From: Ministeria vibrans ATCC 50519
Taxonomy: Eukaryota > Protista > Filasterea
NCBI GenBank assembly: GCA_943704425.1
Contig: CALSCP010000883.1
Span: 1-64,000, forward strand
Direction of reading: 5' to 3'
Length of the DNA: 64,000 bases
Shown here: piece after piece, positions 11,357 to 22,061 of the stretch
How the letters are laid out: every line of letters starts with the position of its first letter
How positions within the stretch are numbered: the first letter of the stretch is position 1
Notes under the pieces: generated by a model
The model's database searches: none
What the model was told of the DNA's origin: nothing
The model's input: the letters and a program-made list of their open reading frames with translations, nothing else
Program-made: the position numbers and the translations under genes

Positions 11357-12901
11357 CTACTTGGCGCCTGTCTGCGCCGCCACCTTGGCTGCCTTCTGAG
11401 CGGCCTCATCCGCATCACCCAGGTAGTATCCGCTCAGCAGTGGCGCATGGTTCGCCTGTGTGATTGGTTCAAGCTTTGCGTTGAGCTTGTACACCAGTGG
11501 AACACCAGTTGGAATGTTCAAGCCCGAGATTTCCTCCTCGCTAATCTTATCGAGATACTGTGCAAAAAAAGACACGAACCAAAAAAACCCCCCCCATTAA
11601 TATACTGTATAAGAACTAAACCCTGCTAGCAGTTTCTTACCATGACAAGAGCTCTGAGCGAATTACCGTGTGCGGCAATCAGCACTCGTTTGCCACTCTT
11701 GATGGTTGGCGCAATCTCCTCGTTCCAAAAGGGCAGCACACGCTCGACTGTGTCCTTGAGACACTCTGCGTCAGGTAGCAGAGCCGGATCCAACGCTGCG
11801 TAGTGCGGCGAGTGGCACGGGTGCAGTGGATTCGAACGATCCATGGTGGGCGGGGGTGTCGCGTAGGATCGTCGCCAAATGTGCACCTATTGTGTGTGGG
11901 GAGGAGGTGGAGGTGGTCAGAGGCGCGTATGTTCTCCATGTCAATCTGTACTTGGTCCTTTCCGTGCTTTTCGACTGTTTCCATCTTGTCGAGTCCTTGC
12001 AGGTCGCCGTACATGCGCTCGTTAAGACGCCACGATCGCTTCACCGGAATGTACATCTATACAGTGTTGTGCAAACAAAGGTCGGTTACAGAGGGTCGTC
12101 CTGCACGCGTGTATGCATGCATGTATGTATGTATGTATGTTTGTATGTGTGTGTGAGGCTAACCTGGTCCGTGCCCTCCAGCACCAGCCAGAGTGTCTTG
12201 ATGGCCCGCTTCAGCACGCTCGTGTACGCCACGTCAAACTTGAGCCCCGCATCCTGAATGAGCTTTGCCCCTTCCTCGGCCTCGGCAATGCCCGACGGCG
12301 CAAGTGGCACGTCAACCCATCTAGAGCGAGAGAGAGCCAAATGCACACTTTGTTAACAAACTCACACTCACTTATCATAAAGAAGACGTAAGCTGCAGCG
12401 CTGCGGCACTGTCAGCCGCTAATAAAAGGCAACACGAGCGTTGTTGGGGCAGTGGGGATCAAGAACAATACGCAAAACACACACACAACGTCTTTTTTCT
12501 TCTTTTTTTCTCATTCTTCTTTTTTTCACTCATCCCAAATTTTGCGACCACACGTCAAAAACAGCCCATGGCGACAGCCGACTCTCCGCTGACATACACA
12601 CATGCATACATAGACAGGTTTATCCCACTAGCGGGCGGTAGCGGGCCGGGGATGAGGCGGGGCGTGCAGGATGGATGAGGGCGCGTGATCGGTGCAGCAC
12701 AATGAACTCACACACACACAGTTGGCAGCGTCGCGGAAATTCAGGTCTCGCACCAAGTTGACACATCCACATATGCAATGTATGCCGCAATGGAACAGAC
12801 GGATTGGGCGATTCTCTTGTTGATTACCCAGTAAATCTGTTTTGTTTGTTCCATTCGCTTTCGCCATGGCGCACCAGCACAAGTGTGTATTCTTCAGACA
12901 T
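11357..12901 (-). CDS. PGAM: 2,3-BPG-dependent phosphoglycerate mutase, multi-exon
   Basis: [67 protein letters not shown]. Confidence 0.96.
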
Positions 12902-13105
12902 GTTCAACAAAAGACCGTACTACACAATGAGAATAGTCACGAACGAGGGATAATGAAAATTATATGATTGTGTAAAATCCTATTCAATGGGAATGTTCAA
13001 TGTTCGGAGAAAAGTTTGTGCTTTAATCATACACCATACACCAAAACGTATAATTCTTATAATTATCGAGTTCAAAAAATAAGGTTACAATAAGTATATT
13101 AAATT

Positions 13106-13332
13106 TTACGCATATTCACGCACAGCAGGCCAGTCATCGGTGCGGTGGTACACGGCAAACAGATGGCCCAGAGGACAGGCGGCAATCATGAACGTACCGT
13201 CTTGGATGGGCATAGTGGGCACAAGGACAGTGCCCCCGTTGGCGATCGTCGCCTGCTCGCTCGTCTTGACGCACTCCGCACTGCTCGCTCCAAAGAAACA
13301 GAGCATCTCGTTGTTCTATATAGTGTGTGTGC

Positions 13333-13405
<73 letters not shown>

Positions 13406-14144
13406 AGACAGTGTCACAAACTACAAAAGAAAAAAACAAAACAAACAAGACTCATAATATGTTTCTGAGGCGTGCCTTGATACTAGGGTTGGGGTCTCTG
13501 GAGGGAAGAATAAGGGAGCGCGGCAGGACGCCGCCAATCTTGCCGCCGTTTGAGCGCGAAGTAGGATCAAACAAGATGACGTAGTGTTGCGCCGTTTCAC
13601 CAAGTTTCAGCGACACAATAGGGCCCAGTCCAAAGTCCTGAGCGAACTGCTCGGCCGCCGCCACTTCGTCTTTGTTGACATCAAGCAAGTCGAGCCACAC
13701 CAAACTCCCCGGAGGCATGCACTTGTCCAGCGGCGACGCATATGCACCTTTGACCGTGCTGTCGAGGCCTACCTGAGCGGCAACAACGCCAAAGTGGGCG
13801 CCCTGCGCGTCACGGCACCAAGCAATCTCAATGCCGTGCGACGCATCATCCTTCGTCGACGAAACCTGCGTAATACGCCCATCCGAGCCATTGAAAAGGC
13901 TCGGCACAGAGTCCACGGCAAAGACAGGACGCCAGCCATGAAAGCTATCGTCGCTCGTGACAAAGCGAGGCGGGAGTGCCCCGAAATACGGAAGTGTGGA
14001 CGGCTCGAACACTCGGTCGAAAAAGGACGAGCACGACGAGCGTTTGGCCGATGCAAACGCCGCAGCCACCGGTCGACCGTGCCAACTTGACACCGACCGA
14101 GAGAGGGCACGGCGACCTGCCGAGAGAAGTGATCGTGTGAGCAT
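13106..14144 (-). CDS. Tandem glyoxalase/VOC-fold protein (Cfp32/bleomycin-resistance-like) with a mitochondrial-type presequence
   Basis: Arg/Ser/Leu-rich N-terminus (MLTRSLLSAGRRALSRS); WRPVFAVDSV, RDAQGAHFGV, PGSLVWLDL, NGGTVLVPTMPI..CPLGHLFAVY. Confidence 0.6.
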
Positions 14145-14252
14145 AGCACAATATAATTCTGAGTAGCGTTTGATCACACTCAAATCAATAGACAATATGA
14201 ATTCATTCCTCTCTTACTCTCTCTAGTCTCTCTCTCTCTCTCTGCTTTCAAT

Positions 14253-17200
14253 ATGTTTCGAAGAAGGAAGGACGCAGCGACCGCAGCGGCCGCTGCTGCA
14301 ACGGCCGAGAAGGCTCCTGATGCGGTAATGGATGTCAAGCGAGCAGAGCCAAAACCCAAACTCTCCGCCACTGTGTCTTATTCCTAGGACCTCGAGAGCA
14401 CCATTGCTCTGCTACAGGAGGCCAAGAAGGAGATTCACGAGGTACGCGTTGAGCCATTCGTGTACAGCGCTGCTTCTTGTGACTGTGGTGTCAACTGGTT
14501 TTTTTTTTGCTTTTTTTTTTTTTCTCTCGAGTACTGATCTCTCTTTCCAGCTCAAAACCAAACTGGTACTGGCGGAGAGCGGAGACGGCGCAACCGCAGG
14601 CCCGGCGTTGGCATCAGGCAAGGGCGAGGACGACGGCGGGGATGGAGCGGAGCACAAGGCGCTGGTGTCGCTGGAAGACGTCAAGCAGATGCGCAGTGCA
14701 ATGCAGCAGCTGTCAGATGTGCTGGCGGAGACGGAGAAGGAGCGCGACGAGCTTCAGACGAGTCTCAATGAGGTGAGTGGGCTCGTCGACGAAGACGACG
14801 ACCTGGTCCCATCAACCTTTTATGTGTTTCCTCTTAGACGAAGAAGCGAGCGGAGGCAAGCGAGACACAGCAGGAGAGCGAGACTCTGCTGCGCGAGTCG
14901 ATGCTCAGCATGCAGAACATTATGCGCGACCTGCAAAAGGAGAACGCCGAGTTGCTGGAGAACAAGAAGGAGACAGAATTGAAGCTGAAGACGCTGCAGT
15001 CGGAGAAAGAAGATGATCATGTGACGCAAAAGGAAGAACTTTTGCGCTCCTCCATGACTCGACTGCAAGAGGTCATTCGCGAGCTGGAGGACGCCAAAGT
15101 GGAGACGGAGAAGGAACACGCGGCGGCACTGGAGCAGCTGCGCACCGAACTGACGGCCGCAACGAAGAGTGAGGGCGACTCGGACGAGGTCGGTAGGCTC
15201 AAGGGCGAGCTTGCCGCGGCCGCGGAGGCTCACGCGACCGCGCTCAAGACGGCTCAGGAGACCGCCTCAGCCGACGTTGTGAGTCTGCTGGCAAAGCTGG
15301 CAACGACAACGGAAGAGCGAGAGGCCGCTGAGAGCCGTATGCGTGAGCAAATGCGCACGCTTGAGCGGGAGCGAGACGAGGCACGCTCCAATGATGAGAA
15401 GCTGAAGGAGAGCCACGAAGAGGCATTGAGGTGCGCCCTGGCGGAGAAGGACGCGGAGGTGGCGCGCGTGGTGGAGGAGGGCGAGATACAGTTGAAGACG
15501 CTTGTGGCCGAGCACGAGACTGCACTGGCCAAGGCGCAGGAGCAAGTGAAGGAGACGGCGCACAAGAAAAAGGCAGAGTCAGCGCAGAATGATCATGCTA
15601 CGGCGATGGAGGCACTGAAGAAGGAGCAGACGGAGGCGTCGGAGGTGGCCTTGGCTGCTGCTCATCAGGAGCACGCGGCAGCACTCGCCGCAGCACTCGC
15701 GGCAGCCGATGAGAAGCACACGCTGGCCCTTGAGGCGGCCAAGGCCAATCAGGGCGAGGAAGCTGCGGATGCTGTAGCGGTCGCTCAGAAGGATCACGCT
15801 GCGGCGATGGAGGCACTGAAGAAGGAGCAGACGGAAGCGTTGGAGGCGGCATTGGCTGCTGCTCAGCAGGAGCACGCGGCAGCACTCGCGGCAGCCGATG
15901 AGAAGCACACGCTGGCCCTTGAGGCGGCCAAGGTCAATCAGGGCGCGGAAGTTGCGGGTGCTGTAGCGGCCGCTCAGAAGGATCATGCTACTTCGATGGA
16001 GGCACTGAAAAAGGAGCAGGCGGAGACATTGGAAGCAGCACTGGCATCTGTGCAGAAGGAGCACACTGTCGCACTGGAGACTGTCAAGCAGGCGGCTGTG
16101 GTGGCGCAACAGGAACATGCTGCCGTAGTGGAGGCACTGCAGAAGGAGCACACGGCCGCACTGGAAGCTGCTAAAGCGAATCAGAGTGAGGGAGTTGCGG
16201 GTGCCGTTGCGACTGCTCGAAAGGAACACTCTGCTGCGCTGGAGAAGGCGCTCTCTTTGGCCAATCAAGAGCACACCGCTGCACTTGCTGCAGCCAAGAG
16301 TACGCACGAGAGCGCTCTCGAATCAGCAGTAGCAGAAGCCCGCCGGTCGGCGATTGAAACACAATCAGAGAGCGTGGCTGTGGCACTGGCCGAGTCCGAC
16401 AAAACACACTCGGTTGCTCTGAAGCGTGTGCACGAAGAATTGAGCGAGCAGAATGCGCTTGTCGCTGAACTCAAGACCGATTTGGAAAAGATGCGCGAGG
16501 CGAAAGAAAAGAGTCTGCGTGATCAGTTGGAGCAGCGTGCGACGCTTGAACGCGACCTGGTTGCGGTACGGGAGGAAGCGGAACGACATACGGATGCAGT
16601 GAAGCGACTGCGTGAAGAGAAGACGGTGCTTGAGCAACGCGAGACTGAGCACGACGACAAGGTGGTGTTGCTTGAGGGCAAGATGCGGGAACTGCAGCAG
16701 AGCAAGAGCACGCAGGAGGCGAAGATTGCGTCGTTGGAGTCGGCACTGAAGGCGGCCGAGGGAGACGATGCGGCGAAGGCGAGCGAGCGCGAGGCTAACA
16801 TGGCTCAGGTGGCCAAGGCGCTCGAGGAGAAGTCAGCCGAGGTGGCCGCCGCGCAGGAGAATGCCGCCGCGAGCGCTCATCGCGTCGAGCAACTTGAGAA
16901 GGAGCTTGGGCGTGAGCGAGGCGAGCGTGAGACGCAAACGGCTGAGTTGCAACGTACTGCACAGCGTCTGGCCGGAGTCACGGAGAAGAAGCAAGCGGCA
17001 GAGACGGCACTTGCGGCTGCCGAAGAAACCCTTGCCAAGGAGCAGCGGTTGCGCGACGAGGGCGAAAAGGCTCATGCTAAGAAGACGGCGTCGTTCAAGG
17101 GGCTGCTTGAGCGCAATGTGACGGCAGCCAGGGAGTCTGCCGCCGAAATTGAACAGCTCAAGGGCCGACTGGCGGAGACGGCCGAGGCACGCGATGCGGC

Positions 17201-20200
17201 TTTGGTGGCGATTGACCAGCGCGAAAAGGAGAACGCGTCGCTCACGGAGAACCTCGAGCAACTCAGTGGTGCAGTGAAGGCACTCGAGAAGGCGCAGTTG
17301 AAACAGGAGGAGCAGCACGAGGCGACTCTGAAGGACGCCATTGCCAAGCTGGAGAGTAGTTTTGAAGTGAAGCTCAAGGAGGCCGAAGCGGAAACACAGC
17401 GACAGGTTGCCAAGGCGGAAGAAGAGGGCGCGAAGAAGGTTGCGGAAGCGGTGAAGAAGGTGGAAGAAGACGGAGCTAAGGGTATTTCCTCTGCTGTGAA
17501 GAAGGCGGAGGAGGAGGCAGCGGAGAGGGCTGCCTTGGCTGTGAAGAAGGCGGAGGAGGAGGCAGCGGAGAGGGTTGTCTTGGCTGTGAAGAAGGCGGAG
17601 GAGGAGGCAGCGGAGAGGGTTGTCTTGGCTGTGAAGAAGGCGGAGGAGGAGGCAGCGGAGAAGAAGAACATTGAGATTGCGCAGGTGAAAGAGAAACTGG
17701 GGGCGGCAGTGAACGAGGCGCTTGCTGCGAAGGAGGCGACCGAGCAAGAGTGGAAGGGCAAGGTGGAGGCACTTGTGGCGGCGCACGAGAAGGCGCTGTC
17801 TGAAGAGAAGGAGGCACATGCCAAAGGTCAAGGCGAGACTGAGGCGGCTCTGGTAGCCAATTTGGCAGAGGCACGCGAGGCACATGCCAAAGAACTTGAA
17901 AAGATGCACGAGACGAATGCCAGTGAGAAAAAAGTACACGATGAGGCGGTGGAGAAGCTGGTGGGTGAGTGGCAGAGTAAGGTGGAGGCGCTGGAGTCAG
18001 CGCACGCCAAGGCGCTTGTAGAAGAATCCGAGCAGCGCGCCAAGGGACAGGGCGAAGCTGAGGCGGTTCTGGTCGCTAAATTGGCCGAGGCGCGCGAAGC
18101 ACATGCGAAGGAGCTTGAACAGATACGCGAGAGCCGTGTCAGTGAGAAAAAGGCGCATGACGAGACACTCGTCCAGATGACTCACGAGTGGGAGGAGAAG
18201 GTGAACCAGGAGCGAGAGGCGACAAAGGCGGCAGAAGAGAATGCGAGCAATGCAGAGGAGCGGGTGCGCAAGGAGGTTGAGAAGATCGAGCGACTTGAGA
18301 AGGAACTTGCAGGTGCGCTGAGTGGGCAACGTGCCCTCAAAGACCGGGTTGAATCCGCCGAGATGGGAATGTCAGGGCGCACCGAGCAGCTGGACGTGCT
18401 GTCGAAACAGTTGACCGAGACCGAGGCACAACTGGTTGAGACGCGCGCGACTATTGCGTCTTTGGAGGAGCGCTGTGCAGAGGGCAAGTCGGCCAGCGAG
18501 GAGCTTGGGAAGAAGCGTGAGGCACTCGAGCAGGCCGAGACGACCGTGGAAGCGCATACCAAGACCATTGCAGGCCTCGAGGCGCGTATGAAGGAGGTCG
18601 AGACAGCACGCGACACTTTGACGGCGCGTGTGGAGGGAGCCGAGCAGACGGAAGCGGGTCGTGCGAGCGAGATGGAGGCACTGAGACAACAGGTGAAGGA
18701 GCTGGAAGGCGAGAAGGCACTTGCGAGTGAGCGCGCAGTGGAGCTCGAGCAGTGTCGCACCGAGCTGGCATCCACGTTGGAGGCTCAGAAGGCGGTTGAA
18801 ACGGAACGCGCGACGCTCCAGAGTGAAGTGACCACATTGCGAGAGGCACTAATGAGCGCCGAGAGCACGGCGGCGACGTTGAAGACAACGGAGGAAGAGG
18901 TAGAGACGCTGAAGAAGGCGCAGGAGGAAATGGAACAGACACATCGCAGTGGAATGGCGGAGAAGAACAAGAAAATTGTGGAGCTGGGGCGAAAGTCGTC
19001 GCGCATGAGTGACTTGGAGAAGAGTTTGGGAGCGGAGCAGAACCGCGTGACGGATCTAAAGAATAAGCTGGCGGCGTCCCAGGCAGCCCTGGCTCGCACC
19101 AAAGAGCTGGAGAAGGAGGTAGAGACACTGAAGGAGCGAGTCACAAGCGCAGAGGACGCATTGGTGACGACACGCGAAGAGACCCAGGCAGAGTTTGCGG
19201 TGCGTCTGGCTGAATTGGAGGAGGAGCTCAACGAGTTGCGAGCAAGCAGCGCGGGAAAAGACCGTCGATTGGCGTACCTCAAGCGACAGCTTGGAGGTGG
19301 AGGTGTAGGAAGCGCACCGTTGTCGTCGAGTGCCATGTCGCCGAGCCATCGCCGGTCGACATCCACTGTGTCTACTGGGAGCACGTTGAGCACCGGACCA
19401 CCCTTGGCACATGTACCTCGGCGCCACTACGACGACGATGAGGAGGAGGATGAGGATGAGGATGAAGATGGTGGGGACATTGATGGTGGTCGTGGCGGCG
19501 GCGGTGGGGGTGGTGAAGAAAGTGCGCGTGAGCGAGTTGCTCAAGCGCTTGCCAGAGAGGCGACAGGTAACGAACAAAAACAAAAACTATTATTTTTTTG
19601 TTATTTTATTAATATTGTGGGTGTAAGGGGAAGCACCGCCGTCAAGTGAATCGAGAGGAAGTGGCGAGAGACGTCGGGACGATACGAGCAACAGTGGAGG
19701 CAGTTCGACCATGAGTGCACTGATGGAAGTTCAACGATGTGGACCGGCGCACGGACTGGAGCTGGTGCGACGGGAGAAGCCACATGGGATGGGGATCAGC
19801 CGAGTGCGGTTTGCACCGGGAATGCAAGACTGTCTGGCGGTGGCGTCGCAGGATGGGGCACTGACTGTACTGTCAGGGATTGGGAGTCGCAAGGAGGAGC
19901 GTACAGTACGACTGGAGGGACACACAGCGGCAGTCATTGACTTTGAGTGGTCCATGACGGGCGATCGCATTGTCTCAGTTGCGTCGGATGGTTCACTGCG
20001 CATGTGGGATGTGGACACGGCTCGTGCCCTTCGTGAGCTGCAGTTACCCTCCAATGCTGGTGAGCCCTCCACGTGCATTTTCTTTCCGTCCAACAACAAT
20101 ATCATTCGTAAGGCGTGCCAAAGTGTGATGGGACTGGAAAGTGAAATTTGAATGGTGTCCGTGTGTGTAGTGATTGGGACTCGAGTGGGCACTGTGTTGG

Positions 20201-21143
20201 TGTACAACATGTCGACGGGCAAGCCTCAATCGACTGTGGGGTCACCCAAACTGAAGACGGCTGTACTGGCACTATGTTTCAGTGCAGATGCACAGACAGT
20301 GTTTGTTGGACTGGACACGGACGCAAGCAAGAAAGGGTCGAGTGCAGTGCCGTCCAATGGGACTCTGCAGGCGTATTCATTCAAGGCTGACACTGGTGCC
20401 CTGAAGCGGGTTCCGGGTGGAGCGCTCGGTACCACTGACCCGGTCACGAGCATCAGGTAACGAGACATGCAGTGTGAGACAGGAAATTATAGAAAGGAGG
20501 GAGGGAGAGAGAAACAAAGATTGATAGAAGAGAGAGAGAGAGAGAGAGGGTGGGAGAGAGAGAGAAAAACACCGTAAAGTGATGGAGTGTGTGTGTGTGG
20601 GTATCTATATCTGTGTGGGGTGTTTTTGGTTTTTTGTGCGTGTGTGAATGTCTATGCACGTGTGACAGACAATGAGATGATTGACTATCTCTGTGTAGGT
20701 TCTCGCGACAGAGCGTGAGTGGGTCGACTGCGTCTCTGCTCCTGGTGAGCTTTCGTGCGTCGTATGCAGTGCTCTTCCGCATTGATGACTCCTCGTATGC
20801 ACTGCGTGAGTTTCGTCGCTTTCCCACTGCGCATCGCAGACTCAAAATCGACGCCACATATGCGCCGCATCACTTACTCGGTACGCTCCGCAACATCACC
20901 TGACTGACTATTTATTGCTAATAATAATATATTTTTGCTATTAATGGTATAGTGTCGGGTGGCGAGGATAACACCCTGACCGTGTTTGACTATCGCTCCG
21001 CCCGTGGTTCCAAGACGGCTGTGGCGCGCGTGCAGGGTCACTCGGCTGCCTGTCTCTCCGTCGCCGTCAACATGGGTGGTGCGCTCGTGGCGTCCGCTGA
21101 TGCATCGGGCGCTCTATTGCTCTGGAAGCTCATTACCATGTGA
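14253..21143 (+). CDS. Giant coiled-coil protein fused to a C-terminal WDR13-like WD40 domain
   Basis: Short 5' exons, a 1,582-aa E/A/K-rich ORF, then a phase-1 intron (~19567-19627) joining in frame to ISRVRFA..LAVASQDG..LEGHTAAVIDFEWS..NNNII..NMSTGK..SGGEDN..QGHSA..ASADASG. Confidence 0.8.
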
Positions 21144-21196
21144 TTTATACGAACAATTAAACATTACATTTTTCTTATGCGTGACGTTGCGATGAA

Positions 21197-21221
21197 ACTC
21201 TCTCTCTCTCTCTCTATCACT

Positions 21222-21310
<89 letters not shown>
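21197..21310. repeat. (CT)n microsatellite
   Basis: Visible directly. Confidence 0.95.
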
Positions 21311-21313
<3 letters not shown>

Positions 21314-21318
21314 GATAG

Positions 21319-21873
21319 CTGTTCAGCGGCGGAACTGATCATCGATTGGCACTGTGGGACTTTTCACGGGGCCGGTGTGTGTGCGAATGCAATCCCGGCG
21401 AGGATGTAAGTGCTGCTGTCTCGGGAATGTCGGCAGACACCCCGGACACTCTAGTGAATCCGGCATTTGTCTTTGCGCTCGCTGTCGACAGCACTGGCGA
21501 TCGTCTGCTGGCGGGTCTCGGCAATGGCCATGTGTGTGAGTATCAAGTGCTGGGTTCGAAGCACGAGGCACCTCAGCTACGTCTAGGATGGAGCACGGCC
21601 GTGTCCGCAGGGCAGCATCGAGCGGGCGTGTGCCAAGTTGCATATGCCGACGCAGAGCACAGTGCCATCGTGTCCGCCGGCAACGACGGCGTTATCGCCC
21701 TTCATACAGTAGCGCCACAGACCCAAGCATCGTCATCGTTACCAACACCACCAATACGCTCGCAACATGGCAAAAAAATCAACTGGATGGCCGTGCATGT
21801 GCAGCGCAGAAGAGTCTTTGTGGCGGACGTGGCGACGAGTGCTCCTGCTCTCCGCGTCTACTCCTTCCAATAG
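21319..21873 (+). CDS. 3' exon of a WDR53-like WD40 protein (5' exons absent)
   Basis: After a TAG acceptor: LFSGGTDHRLALWDFSRG..LVNPAFV..HRAGVCQV..SAGNDG..HGKKINW, matching the WDR53 C-terminal pattern. Confidence 0.7.
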   Translation: MFSGGTDHRLALWDFSRGRCVCECNPGEDVSAAVSGMSADTPDTLVNPAFVFALAVDSTGDRLLAGLGNGHVCEYQVLGSKHEAPQLRLGWSTAVSAGQHRAGVCQVAYADAEHSAIVSAGNDGVIALHTVAPQTQASSSLPTPPIRSQHGKKINWMAVHVQRRRVFVADVATSAPALRVYSFQ

Positions 21874-22061
21874 TGTTGATTCATTATTATAATTATTATT
21901 GTACTGTACAGTTGGAAGGGTTCTCTTCGTCATTCCTGTTAACAAAAAAAAAATGAGAGATACAATAATAGTAATAATAATAATAGTCAAAATTTAATCA
22001 TGAAAAAATAATAAGATCATAATAATAATACTAATAAGATTTTTTATGTGTGTGTATGGAT

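Noticed and set aside
12330-12825. Long GC-rich PGAM intron that might host an ncRNA or snoRNA
   Set aside because: No convincing C/D or H/ACA boxes or stem seen by eye; needs an Infernal/Rfam search.
15244-19583. Many long antisense ORFs over the coiled-coil gene
   Set aside because: Expected shadow ORFs from GC-rich, biased E/A/K codon usage.
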